In this document: in pieces, positions 33,901 through 44,525 of the stretch | How the letters are laid out: every line of letters begins with the position of its first letter | Position numbering within the stretch: position 1 is the stretch's first letter | The notes under the pieces: generated by a model | The model's input: the letters and a program-made list of their open reading frames with translations, nothing else | The model's database searches: none | Told to the model about the DNA's origin: nothing | DNA from: TPA_inf: Saccharomyces | Taxonomy: Eukaryota | NCBI GenBank assembly: GCA_000146045.2 | Contig: BK006939.2 | Coordinates: forward strand, 416,001-480,000 | Reading direction: 5' to 3' | DNA length: 64,000 nucleotides | Position numbers and translations under genes: made by a program

Positions 33901-34562
33901 AAGAGACAATATTATTATCTAGAAGTGTCGACTTCCTTCTGTGGGTTTCCTATGTTCTCGAAGAGAGCTTCAAGTGTATTCTATAAACTAAGAATATTAG
34001 TTTAACGAAAGATCGAAGTCAGACACCTATCTAACTTTCATTAAATTATCACACAAAAATCCCACATACTCTCGTCTTGCTAAACAAATAATAAATTGAA
34101 GGTGAACGATTCTTCTTGCAGCGTCCTAGCTGTTGGGTCGTCTTAGATAAATATCTACTGTTCTGAATTGCCAAATTTTCCTTCTATTGTATCCATTCGA
34201 TGCTGGACGGCCAGTTCTACCGTTATTGCCCAAAAGGAAGGAACGTCGCGATACTTCAACACATTAAATACTTGTTGATTTTCGAACCAAAACTCTGAAG
34301 CAACACTTTCGTATATGGATGGCCCTTCAGAGAAACCAATAGGTATGTAAAGAATTGCTACGTGGTGACTCAAAGTGAATTATAGCAAAGTTATAAAAGC
34401 GCTACATTGTAGAAAATTGAGAACCACATTTTGACATACACGAATAACAGTATTTTTGTCCTGGCGCTGTAAAGTATTTTAAGTTATGATGATGAATTAA
34501 CTATTTTCAGCCAATGAAACGTCCATAATCTGTTCTGAATTTAGGTGCATTGATATAGCCGG

Positions 34563-35243
34563 TCAATCTTCCCTTGTGAAATCACCCAAAATGCTGGGAT
34601 TATCATTCTCAACAATTTTGATTTGTGCCAACCACTTCGATAAATCATCTTCCAGCTCAGTATCATCTTTTTCTGTAGTCCCACTGTCAGGATTTAATCC
34701 TAACTTTTTGAGACCGGATATCAATGATTTAATGTCTTCTTCGGATGCCTTTTCTCTTAGCAACTCTTCAAACAAAGTCACTTTGAAATCTATATCGTGT
34801 TTGTCCTGTTCAGGATCTTCAAATAGGTGAACCCCTGTTCTTGCAAATAAAGCTTCATCAGATAGTTGCACTTGATAAAATTGGGAACATCTAAAATGGA
34901 ACTTACTGCAATAGTGCGACAAATATGCATACGGATTGTTTTCTAATAAAAATTTCTTAGTAGTATCATTCATTGAAAATGGATCACGTATTCTTTCTGG
35001 CGATTTACCGCAAAGAGGATATCCGCATCTTTTGTTTAGATTCCTCTCATCTACTAGGTCTTGATACATATCCGGTGTGAGAAATCGGCCCAAATATTTC
35101 AATGTTTTCTCATCCTTGCATTCTGAATCACATAATAAGCCTATAATCTCTAAAGTTATAACTTCTGCTTCATGCATGGAAAGTTGCCTGTGCTTTTGGA
35201 AAGGGATTAACGCCGTTTCCTTAATATCTTCAATCGTCGCCAT
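34563..35243 (-). CDS. RTR1: RNA polymerase II CTD phosphatase with an atypical zinc finger, 226 aa
   Basis: The protein starts MATIEDIKETALIPFQKHRQ... and carries the CX4C...CX3H zinc-binding motif (CGYPLCGK...YCSKFHFRC). The start is an ATG (CAT at 35241-35243). Confidence 0.85.
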   Translation of the reverse strand: MATIEDIKETALIPFQKHRQLSMHEAEVITLEIIGLLCDSECKDEKTLKYLGRFLTPDMYQDLVDERNLNKRCGYPLCGKSPERIRDPFSMNDTTKKFLLENNPYAYLSHYCSKFHFRCSQFYQVQLSDEALFARTGVHLFEDPEQDKHDIDFKVTLFEELLREKASEEDIKSLISGLKKLGLNPDSGTTEKDDTELEDDLSKWLAQIKIVENDNPSILGDFTRED

Positions 35244-35564
35244 TTCTTATTCTTGTTAACTTCGTCCTAATTTTTCAAACTAAGATGCCGATGTATAGAT
35301 ATTTTAGACTGGGAATGTTTATGAATTGTTCAATTCGCTCCTCAATGTGTCTCTTTCTTCACTTTTCCATTGCTTTTGACCACTTCTGGATGCCAGCTGA
35401 TTTTGTATTGTAGTATTCCTATTTCGGACAAAAATATCGGAAAGAGATGAAATAAGAAAATTAGTTACTTTTAATATCACGATGCTGTCTCTGAATCGAC
35501 CTGATCGATCTATAAGGTGTATATATTATTCTACCGAGTAATCCAAAAAAAAAGCAGCACTCCC

Positions 35565-37235
35565 ATGCAACACAAGGATACGGCAGTAGCGAAGGACACA
35601 GCTAAAAAACGTTTACTGAGAAGAAATAGTGCGCCGTCAGCTATACATATAATTTCACGATTAGACAAAAAGTGGTCCTTCCTATGGAATACTATAGATA
35701 GACACAATATTGTTGAAGAGCAAGATGAAAGTAGCGCTGCAAAAAGCGAAGAAGAACATGAGGATGATTATGAATTGGAACAATTACTCAACATGATAAG
35801 AATACCAATGTTCCTGGAAAAGTTCATGCTCTTTGCACTTTTAACAAGCTTGGACTGTTTTTTGTATTACTTTACTGTATTACCGATACGACTGATAAAG
35901 GGATATGTAAAGCAATTCAAGAGTTATCGTCAGCATTATCGCCTGCAACAACGGTCTGGGCATAAGAATAAAATACCCTTTCGATATAGAATAACTTCAA
36001 GAGAATATAAAGAGAGATGTATGATTTTTATCATCGTGATTTCATCCATTTTGTTGAGCAAACTAGACACCTCAAAACTATATCACAGGATAAAACGGCA
36101 AAGTACGATGAAATTGTACATGCTATTCAGTGTACTGGAAATGGCGGACAAAATGTTGGCAAGTTTGGGCCAGAGCTTATTAACGGTTATGCTTTCTAGG
36201 AAAAACTCGGAACGGATATTACTGCATAAATGTTTGTTAGTGTCAATGAGCTTGACATATGTGACTATACACGGCTATGTATTGGTTTACCAGGCCATTT
36301 CATTAAACATAGCCGTGAATTCGTATTCCAATGCCTTGCTAACTTTATTACTATCCATGCAATTTGCAGAAATCAAATCATCGGTTTTAAAGAAATTTGA
36401 TAAGGAGGGATTTTTCCAAATAACCATTGCAGACGTAGTGGAAAGATTTAAGTTGACCTTATTATTGTCAATAACTGGCCTTAGGAACCTCCAGTCGTGG
36501 TCATCTTCATTATCGAACACAAGCATCAATTTCTGGAGTCCACGTTCCACATTATCAATCGTCATTAACATACTTTGTGGGCCGATGGTAAGCGTGGTAG
36601 GGAGTGAAGTGTTAGTGGATTGGGCAAAGCATGCTTACATCACAAAATTCAATCGGATCCGCCCACAGATATATGATAAGTTCTATTATATAATATACAA
36701 GGATTATTCTACGAGAACGCACAAATTAGAAGATAGATTGGGATTGCCTTTACCTGCATTCGTTGTCCTTTTTATTGTAATGGTGAGGCCAACACTTTTT
36801 AAATCATCGGAACCTTCTTACCTTCCTTCGCTATTTAGGATCCTCTTCATGGGGGCATCCGTGTTTTTACTAGCATTGTTGGCAAAATTTACACTAGATC
36901 TTATTTTAATCAAATGGAGCAAACGGATAGAGCAACGGTTCAGAGACCAAGCTTTCAATACCGTTGTAACTGAAGAAGAATACGTCCCAGGTTTACTCTC
37001 GGGCGGTATGGGTAAAGTCGACGTGTCTACAAGAATTGCATTACATTCTGATTACAATAAAGAGAATCGTATAGAGACCGAAAGTGTATCGCCAATGCGG
37101 AAAAGAAAAACTACTTTAACTGCTGAATGTACTCCTCCTAGCCTAAATGATATTAGAAGACAGAAAGATTCCAAGAATCCACGATCGCTTGAAAATGTCG
37201 CTCGCTATAAAATGGTTTCTAAAAGAATATGGTAA
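35565..37235 (+). CDS. EMP65: ER membrane protein (TMEM43 family), 556 aa
   Basis: The first ATG at 35565 gives MQHKDTAVAKDTAKK... and a 556-aa protein with multiple predicted transmembrane segments. The track start at 35517 is a GTG. Confidence 0.8.
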   Translation: MQHKDTAVAKDTAKKRLLRRNSAPSAIHIISRLDKKWSFLWNTIDRHNIVEEQDESSAAKSEEEHEDDYELEQLLNMIRIPMFLEKFMLFALLTSLDCFLYYFTVLPIRLIKGYVKQFKSYRQHYRLQQRSGHKNKIPFRYRITSREYKERCMIFIIVISSILLSKLDTSKLYHRIKRQSTMKLYMLFSVLEMADKMLASLGQSLLTVMLSRKNSERILLHKCLLVSMSLTYVTIHGYVLVYQAISLNIAVNSYSNALLTLLLSMQFAEIKSSVLKKFDKEGFFQITIADVVERFKLTLLLSITGLRNLQSWSSSLSNTSINFWSPRSTLSIVINILCGPMVSVVGSEVLVDWAKHAYITKFNRIRPQIYDKFYYIIYKDYSTRTHKLEDRLGLPLPAFVVLFIVMVRPTLFKSSEPSYLPSLFRILFMGASVFLLALLAKFTLDLILIKWSKRIEQRFRDQAFNTVVTEEEYVPGLLSGGMGKVDVSTRIALHSDYNKENRIETESVSPMRKRKTTLTAECTPPSLNDIRRQKDSKNPRSLENVARYKMVSKRIW

Positions 37236-37458
37236 TCTAAGATCCGCATTTATCGCGGCTTACGGCTTTCGGATATTTCGTATATTGCAAGGAGCAAAAA
37301 AGAAACCCTGCTTACTAAAAAGCTATTGTTTTGCAGTTTATAAGTTCTTGCCTTTTGAATTATTGATCTTTCCTTTATCGTTTATTTAGTTTCCTATTGT
37401 AACTTGGAACTGTATTATATAATAGTGCACAGCACTGAAGTTGTAACTACTGTACGTC

Positions 37459-38919
37459 ATGCTTTTCAGAAACATAGAAGTGGGCAGGCAGGCAGCTAAG
37501 CTATTAACGAGAACCTCGAGTCGTTTGGCCTGGCAAAGTATTGGGGCCTCAAGGAATATTTCTACCATCAGACAACAAATCAGAAAGACTCAACTATATA
37601 ATTTTAAGAAAACTGTGAGCATCCGTCCATTTTCTCTCTCCTCCCCTGTTTTTAAACCACATGTTGCTTCAGAATCAAACCCTATAGAATCACGTTTGAA
37701 GACCTCGAAGAATGTTGCTTACTGGTTAATAGGTACATCCGGTTTGGTATTTGGTATTGTTGTTCTTGGTGGGTTGACTAGACTAACAGAATCGGGGCTG
37801 AGTATTACCGAATGGAAACCTGTCACAGGTACTTTGCCCCCTATGAACCAGAAGGAATGGGAAGAAGAATTTATCAAGTATAAGGAATCACCAGAATTTA
37901 AATTGTTGAATTCTCACATTGATTTAGACGAGTTCAAGTTTATATTTTTTATGGAGTGGATTCATAGATTGTGGGGTCGTGCTATCGGCGCTGTTTTTAT
38001 ATTACCTGCAGTTTATTTCGCTGTATCTAAAAAAACTTCAGGCCATGTCAATAAGAGGTTGTTTGGTCTCGCAGGTTTATTAGGATTACAAGGATTTGTT
38101 GGTTGGTGGATGGTGAAGTCTGGTCTTGATCAAGAGCAACTAGACGCAAGAAAATCAAAGCCTACCGTTTCTCAATATAGACTTACTACGCATTTGGGTA
38201 CCGCCTTCTTTTTATACATGGGTATGCTCTGGACTGGTTTGGAAATATTGAGAGAATGTAAATGGATTAAGAACCCTGTTCAAGCCATTAGTCTCTTCAA
38301 AAAATTAGATAATCCCGCAATTGGCCCAATGAGAAAGATTTCTTTAGCTTTGTTAGCGGTGTCTTTCCTTACCGCTATGAGTGGCGGTATGGTTGCCGGT
38401 TTGGATGCTGGTTGGGTCTATAACACCTGGCCAAAAATGGGTGAACGATGGTTCCCTAGTTCTCGTGAATTAATGGACGAAAACTTCTGTAGAAGAGAGG
38501 ACAAGAAAGATCTGTGGTGGAGGAATTTGCTAGAAAACCCGGTTACAGTTCAGTTGGTCCATAGGACATGTGCGTACGTTGCGTTTACATCAGTACTAGC
38601 TGCTCATATGTACGCTATCAAAAAGAAGGCCGTAATTCCAAGGAACGCGATGACCTCTTTGCATGTTATGATGGGCGTCGTTACTTTACAAGCAACACTT
38701 GGTATTTTAACTATATTGTACCTAGTCCCAATATCGTTAGCTTCTATCCATCAAGCTGGTGCTTTGGCGTTGCTAACAAGTTCTTTGGTGTTTGCCTCTC
38801 AATTAAGGAAGCCAAGAGCTCCGATGAGAAACGTAATCATTACCTTGCCACATTCAAGCAAAGTAACTAGCGGTAAAATTTTAAGTGAAGCGTCGAAGTT
38901 AGCCTCGAAACCATTATAA
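37459..38919 (+). CDS. COX15: Heme A synthase, 486 aa, with a mitochondrial targeting sequence
   Basis: The protein starts MLFRNIEVGRQAAKLLTRTSSRLAW... and has the conserved COX15/CtaA histidines within multiple transmembrane helices. The ATG is at 37459. Confidence 0.95.
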   Translation: MLFRNIEVGRQAAKLLTRTSSRLAWQSIGASRNISTIRQQIRKTQLYNFKKTVSIRPFSLSSPVFKPHVASESNPIESRLKTSKNVAYWLIGTSGLVFGIVVLGGLTRLTESGLSITEWKPVTGTLPPMNQKEWEEEFIKYKESPEFKLLNSHIDLDEFKFIFFMEWIHRLWGRAIGAVFILPAVYFAVSKKTSGHVNKRLFGLAGLLGLQGFVGWWMVKSGLDQEQLDARKSKPTVSQYRLTTHLGTAFFLYMGMLWTGLEILRECKWIKNPVQAISLFKKLDNPAIGPMRKISLALLAVSFLTAMSGGMVAGLDAGWVYNTWPKMGERWFPSSRELMDENFCRREDKKDLWWRNLLENPVTVQLVHRTCAYVAFTSVLAAHMYAIKKKAVIPRNAMTSLHVMMGVVTLQATLGILTILYLVPISLASIHQAGALALLTSSLVFASQLRKPRAPMRNVIITLPHSSKVTSGKILSEASKLASKPL

Positions 38920-39145
38920 TGGATAAAGGTATTCTTATGAGAATTGACAGTATACTCGCTTTTCCGCTTTGTCGCTCCAATGGTTGGATTGTATGTGTGA
39001 GGCTTTTTCTTATTATATGTTGGTATCCCTACGAGAAGCTGTAAATATGAATTTCTTTAGTAGGCATCACACACAACAATAGGGTGTATTTATTTTTATT
39101 TTTTTTTTTCTTATATAAATGTCAGTAATACATGATATCTTTAAG

Positions 39146-40036
39146 TTAGGATTTCACGAAATTTTCTTCTGCCTTCATCATGGCATCTGTATTTGTGCTC
39201 GCGAGCCTCCAAAGTATGAACATAAACACAGACCTATACGGAGAAAATGTTTCAGAGCATTTTTCCATTATGTCGTCGTCATATATTTTCCAGTTGTATT
39301 TCTTATGCTTAATCTTACTCTTTTTAACTACTTTTCTTTCACGCATTAATTCTTTTTCCAATTCTGGCTTATCTGAAAGGTATTTTGAAAAACCCCTAGC
39401 AATACCTAGATCTTCAGGAGCAAATACATCCATTCTTTTCAATCCGGAGATCAAGAACATTTTGGCACTCCATGGGCCTATACCTTTTACATTCGTAACT
39501 AAACTTTCAATCACTTCCTCATCATTATCTTTTTGACCGAAGAGCTTTTCGATATCCTTATATTTTTCAGTAAAATAGACAGCAAGAGACTCTAGATATA
39601 TCATTTTCCTTTTACTCAATCCACATTTTGCGATTTCTGCACATTTTGCTGGGTCTTTGAAGTCTTCGAAAAGGATTTTGTAATCAGGAAATGCACCGCC
39701 ATAAAGACTGACAACCCTTGCCTTGATGCTTTCAGCTGCTTGGCCACTGATCTGTTGAGACAAAATTGTGCTTGCAAGCCTAATAAAATAATCTTCGAGT
39801 GTATTAGGGACTTGAGTCTCCTTCAAGTACAACGTAAATTCATTATTCTTAAGTATGGGAAAAAGTGATGGATCTTTCTCTAAAATGTGTTCGCAAGCCA
39901 TATTGAACTTTTCTTCATGTCTAGCAATATATTTCTCAGGAAGAGCAACCTCTAGAGGTCGAGACCCTAATTCTTTTGCTATTTCCTTAACAGCGTCTGC
40001 TTTTATTAACTCATCATACTCCCTTTTTAGTTTCAT
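39146..40036 (-). CDS. MAG1: 3-methyladenine DNA glycosylase (HhH-GPD family), 296 aa
   Basis: The first ATG (CAT at 40034-40036) gives MKLKREYDELIKAD.... The HhH-GPD motif is present (LVTNVKGIGPWSAKMFLI...D). The track start at 40045 is a TTG. Confidence 0.9.
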   Translation of the reverse strand: MKLKREYDELIKADAVKEIAKELGSRPLEVALPEKYIARHEEKFNMACEHILEKDPSLFPILKNNEFTLYLKETQVPNTLEDYFIRLASTILSQQISGQAAESIKARVVSLYGGAFPDYKILFEDFKDPAKCAEIAKCGLSKRKMIYLESLAVYFTEKYKDIEKLFGQKDNDEEVIESLVTNVKGIGPWSAKMFLISGLKRMDVFAPEDLGIARGFSKYLSDKPELEKELMRERKVVKKSKIKHKKYNWKIYDDDIMEKCSETFSPYRSVFMFILWRLASTNTDAMMKAEENFVKS

Positions 40037-40318
40037 TGAGACCAATCCCTCTCTAGCTTCTCTTGATTCTCAGTAAAAAATTAAAAAGGAAAAGTACCAC
40101 TTCCATCGTCATATCAGAGGGCAGTGGCCAATTCTCATTGATTCATAGATAACTTAAACTTTATGTAAGAATTCCCGTCGCCACCCCGCCCTGTAAATTC
40201 ATCGCCACCGAAAAGATAATAATACCAAAATGATATATAAAGTAGGTCGAATAAGAAAGTATACTTAACGTAGTTAACAAAGTACATACCAAACATAACA
40301 GCAAAAATATACGTAAAG
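40037..40318. promoter_or_regulatory. Shared divergent promoter of MAG1 and DDI1 (282 bp)
   Basis: The two start codons face away from each other across 282 bp. This pair is known to be co-regulated by DNA damage through shared UAS and URS elements. Confidence 0.6.
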
Positions 40319-41605
40319 ATGGATTTAACAATTTCAAACGAACTTACTGGCGAGATATACGGCCCAATTGAAGTCAGTGAAGATATGGCTTTAACTGATC
40401 TAATAGCATTACTGCAGGCCGATTGCGGGTTTGACAAAACAAAACACGACTTATATTACAATATGGACATTCTAGACTCAAACAGAACTCAGTCTTTAAA
40501 AGAACTAGGGCTCAAAACCGATGACTTATTATTGATTAGGGGTAAGATTTCCAATTCCATTCAAACAGATGCTGCTACTTTGTCCGACGAAGCGTTCATA
40601 GAGCAATTTAGACAAGAGCTACTTAATAATCAAATGCTTAGATCACAACTCATTTTGCAAATCCCTGGATTGAATGATTTAGTAAATGACCCACTGTTGT
40701 TTAGGGAAAGATTGGGCCCGCTCATATTACAAAGACGTTATGGTGGCTATAACACCGCCATGAATCCTTTTGGCATCCCCCAAGATGAATATACTAGACT
40801 AATGGCCAACCCCGATGATCCTGACAACAAGAAGAGGATTGCAGAGCTTTTAGACCAACAAGCTATCGATGAACAGTTGCGCAATGCTATCGAATATACA
40901 CCTGAAATGTTTACCCAGGTCCCTATGCTTTACATTAATATCGAAATAAATAACTACCCCGTAAAGGCATTTGTAGATACAGGGGCTCAAACAACGATTA
41001 TGTCCACCAGGTTAGCGAAGAAAACTGGCCTGTCGAGAATGATTGACAAGAGATTTATTGGAGAAGCTCGTGGCGTAGGAACCGGCAAAATTATTGGGAG
41101 AATTCACCAAGCCCAAGTCAAAATAGAAACACAATATATTCCATGCAGTTTTACCGTCTTAGATACTGACATCGATGTTTTGATAGGACTAGACATGCTG
41201 AAAAGGCATTTGGCTTGTGTGGACTTAAAGGAAAACGTTCTTAGGATAGCAGAAGTGGAGACAAGCTTTTTGAGTGAAGCGGAAATCCCAAAAAGTTTTC
41301 AAGAAGGACTTCCAGCACCAACGTCAGTTACAACTTCGTCTGATAAGCCCCTAACACCCACCAAGACTAGTTCAACTCTACCACCACAACCGGGGGCTGT
41401 TCCTGCGCTTGCTCCAAGGACTGGTATGGGGCCAACACCTACGGGAAGAAGTACAGCCGGTGCTACAACGGCAACCGGGAGAACGTTTCCCGAACAAACG
41501 ATTAAACAGCTTATGGATCTAGGTTTCCCTAGGGATGCTGTGGTAAAGGCTCTTAAACAGACTAACGGAAATGCAGAATTTGCTGCATCCCTCCTTTTCC
41601 AATGA
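40319..41605 (+). CDS. DDI1: DNA-damage-inducible v-SNARE-binding protein with UBL, retropepsin-like aspartyl protease and UBA domains, 428 aa
   Basis: The N-terminus has a ubiquitin-like fold. The sequence FVDTGAQTTIMS contains the D-T/S-G-A active-site motif. The C-terminus has a UBA domain (EQTIKQLMDLGFPRDAVVKALKQTNGNAEFAASLLF). Confidence 0.95.
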   Translation: MDLTISNELTGEIYGPIEVSEDMALTDLIALLQADCGFDKTKHDLYYNMDILDSNRTQSLKELGLKTDDLLLIRGKISNSIQTDAATLSDEAFIEQFRQELLNNQMLRSQLILQIPGLNDLVNDPLLFRERLGPLILQRRYGGYNTAMNPFGIPQDEYTRLMANPDDPDNKKRIAELLDQQAIDEQLRNAIEYTPEMFTQVPMLYINIEINNYPVKAFVDTGAQTTIMSTRLAKKTGLSRMIDKRFIGEARGVGTGKIIGRIHQAQVKIETQYIPCSFTVLDTDIDVLIGLDMLKRHLACVDLKENVLRIAEVETSFLSEAEIPKSFQEGLPAPTSVTTSSDKPLTPTKTSSTLPPQPGAVPALAPRTGMGPTPTGRSTAGATTATGRTFPEQTIKQLMDLGFPRDAVVKALKQTNGNAEFAASLLFQ

Positions 41606-41805
41606 GCAACCACTGATATTGTGATCGGCCTCTACGTATGTAGCCCATAACACAAATAGATAAGTATAAGGATGTACATACTTTCATTGTTTCGTCAATT
41701 GTTGTTTGTATTGTATATGATTGTACTTCTGTTAAGTATATAATATGCAGATTGTATTTGTGCCTCAATGTGCGCCATTCATGTGTTGCAAACCGGTAAT
41801 TTGAT

Positions 41806-44223
41806 TCAAAAAATTCTTTCGTAAAATAAAACATATGCACTGGGTGTGATAAATTCAGTACTAAACGTTATAGGACGATAAAGCGAGTCATCGAAAAAAT
41901 ACCAACCTTTTTTTGGTCCCTTATAAACGTATGAAGTATAGTGTCCCCCATACAAACTCCCCGAATGACATGCAACCCCATACAGTCTGTATCTAAATGG
42001 TGGTACTTGGCCCCTGGTAGGAATGTCCTCATTAACAATAGCTTCATGATTAAAATCTCTCGCCCAATATGGTGTAAGATCTAAGGAGTAAGGATATTGG
42101 ACAAACACATTATTCTTATTCATTTGATTGTCAAATCGTTTCAAATTAATAATTAGTTTCTTAGGCAATCTAGTAATCTTCAGTTGTTTAGTGGAAGGCT
42201 GCTTTTTTAAGCATTTAGGACATGACCATTGTTCATCGACACCTAACCTTTCGCATTTGGTGAATTCCCGGAAACAGTCTAATATGTTACAAGTTTTAAC
42301 GCGTGGGACAGGAACAGAAAGAACAGAGAATGTTTGGTAAGTTGTGGAGGTATGTTCACAAACTTGACATTGTAGCCTAGATGCGTACTGTCCTTGGAAA
42401 AGGTCAATTATCGCACTGAAGTCGGTAAGCAAAAATCTTTCCCACTCGAGAGCACTAGCTTTGCGTATGGACATTTTTTCTCTCATTCGTTCTTCCTCAT
42501 CTGATAACTGTTTAAGATGCTTTTTGCTGCCGTTTTGGTTCAAATCCTCGTGCAAGCCATCAAGCAAAAATTGACAAAATTCTTGACAATCTTGCTGCAT
42601 TGAATCACTATACATGGGGTTGATATGGCCGCAAATTTTTTTAAACTGAATAGTCTGAACTGGTATCGTTCTTACGTTAGGAGGTGTGAATGCACCGTGT
42701 CTGTGCATATTATTGACCAAGATGGCGAAATTTTTAGCTAGCAACCCCTTAGAACCTCTTGAACTATCAAAATTAATAAAATTCAGATATGTGTTATCCA
42801 AAAACATTCGAACCAAATCGTGTGTTCCCACCAAACATTGAAGTATACAGTTCATATAACAACAGTTACCTATATTTTCCAATCCTACTATAAGATCTAG
42901 ATCAAGCACTTGTGAGTTGTTTAGGATGGTCTGCCTCGACGAAGACAAGTTCTGTTGTGGTAAAGGCGGAATACGTGGCGAGAATACATTCGATGCAGGG
43001 GGCAAATAGGCATGGGCTTGTGCAGCGCGGATATCTGGCGATATTCTTTCCACAGTGTTTGCTTTATTTTGAATGGTCGAGGGTGTATTGAGTTTTGAGA
43101 GAGTGGTTGGTGGATGTGGACTAAATTTTTGAACGGTGGGAGAATTTCTGTTGGGGCTTGGTTGCGGTATAATGGGCAAATCTGAATAGTATAAGGGTAA
43201 TTGAGGCCTTTGCACCGTTGTTAGCAAAGGCTGCGTATTCATGGATACCATCGGCATACTCTTATCTTTATTTGGAGATAGAGATTTCTGATTGAACAAG
43301 CCTGTTGGGACTTGCGGACTACCAAAAGCTGGCGTTGAAGACGAGGATGTAAGATGCGCTGTTTCACTGACAGATGATTGATACGCCCCACCTAATTTAA
43401 CCCAGTTTGAGAACCCATTTTCCAAAATGAGTATTTTCGTCCCACTCAGCGGTTTAATTACTGAATTTTGGGAAAGAATCTTCGCAAGGATGCGAGTTTG
43501 CCTTTGCTGGAAATTATTATGCAATTGAGTGTCAGTATATAAAATAATGAACTTGAACTTGTCTCGATTTGAAAAGAAAGTGATATCTGAGTGCGGCGAA
43601 GTGATCAAAGAGACACTTTCAATTTGTTGGTCTGTAAAAGAATCCTTAAATGAGGCAGGATCGATGCATATAATGTTTTTGCATTTGATATGGGCCCTAA
43701 CGAATTCAGACCTGGGCCGTACATCGATAAGCAAGAGAGCGTCACCATGAAAATGCAACATTGAACTTAATTTTCCAGGCTCTATAGTTTGCAACTGTAT
43801 AAATTTAGGGTAATTTTCAATGACATTTCGAATCCGCTCAATATTTGGGTCATTATGCAAAAGCTGGATTCTCTCCCCGTACAAATTTCTAACATTCTGG
43901 TCCTTGTTGCTCGAAAATTCCTTTAGTCTTGGTAGAGTATCCTCCAAGAGCGTATATACGATCATGTAATATAAAAAAGCTGTTTCATTCAATCGGAGAA
44001 ACCCCTTTGACAACCGGTTTGCATCTTCTTTAGGGGCCTGCATGGTTATATCCTGGCATGCGTCCACATAACTAGACCATATTTCTGCGCATTCTTGGAG
44101 CAAAGGCAGACACTCTTGTGGCACGTCGTCATCATCAAGAAACTTCTGAACTAAATGCCTAAGCCTGCCGAACCGCTCTTTAGCAGATTCGACAACCTCA
44201 CTTAAGGCTTGTTCTGAGCCCAT
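41806..44223 (-). CDS. UBP5: Ubiquitin-specific protease (USP/UCH family, Doa4 paralog), 805 aa
   Basis: The first ATG (CAT at 44221-44223) gives MGSEQALSEVV.... It has a rhodanese-like domain, a Cys box GLENIGNCCYMNCILQCL and a His box YRLYGVACHSGSLYGGHYTSYV. The track start at 44508 is a GTG. Confidence 0.85.
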   Translation of the reverse strand: MGSEQALSEVVESAKERFGRLRHLVQKFLDDDDVPQECLPLLQECAEIWSSYVDACQDITMQAPKEDANRLSKGFLRLNETAFLYYMIVYTLLEDTLPRLKEFSSNKDQNVRNLYGERIQLLHNDPNIERIRNVIENYPKFIQLQTIEPGKLSSMLHFHGDALLLIDVRPRSEFVRAHIKCKNIICIDPASFKDSFTDQQIESVSLITSPHSDITFFSNRDKFKFIILYTDTQLHNNFQQRQTRILAKILSQNSVIKPLSGTKILILENGFSNWVKLGGAYQSSVSETAHLTSSSSTPAFGSPQVPTGLFNQKSLSPNKDKSMPMVSMNTQPLLTTVQRPQLPLYYSDLPIIPQPSPNRNSPTVQKFSPHPPTTLSKLNTPSTIQNKANTVERISPDIRAAQAHAYLPPASNVFSPRIPPLPQQNLSSSRQTILNNSQVLDLDLIVGLENIGNCCYMNCILQCLVGTHDLVRMFLDNTYLNFINFDSSRGSKGLLAKNFAILVNNMHRHGAFTPPNVRTIPVQTIQFKKICGHINPMYSDSMQQDCQEFCQFLLDGLHEDLNQNGSKKHLKQLSDEEERMREKMSIRKASALEWERFLLTDFSAIIDLFQGQYASRLQCQVCEHTSTTYQTFSVLSVPVPRVKTCNILDCFREFTKCERLGVDEQWSCPKCLKKQPSTKQLKITRLPKKLIINLKRFDNQMNKNNVFVQYPYSLDLTPYWARDFNHEAIVNEDIPTRGQVPPFRYRLYGVACHSGSLYGGHYTSYVYKGPKKGWYFFDDSLYRPITFSTEFITPSAYVLFYERIF

Positions 44224-44525
44224 TACGCTTGTGCCTATTTGTGTAGAGAGATAATAAAGAAAGGACTCCACATACGTTGGAGAATACCTAGCAACTAAAT
44301 ATAGCTGGTGTTTACTTGATGTGTTGAAGTGAGGCGCAAGGAAAAAAGAAAAAAAATCAATGCCCGGTAGATCAATTGGACCAGGGGTTCTTGTTTTGCG
44401 ACGCCGTACAGACAAGGCCAACTTTATAAAAACGATATTAGAAATTATTGTATATATGTATATAAATGTAGTATTTTTATCAACAGAAAATAGGTGGAAA
44501 ACTCCCACCCTGTGCTAGACTTCAT

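Noticed and set aside
34155-34373. A 72-aa ORF between the LTR debris and RTR1
   Set aside because: It has no recognisable features. It is probably a dubious ORF in decayed transposon-flanking sequence.
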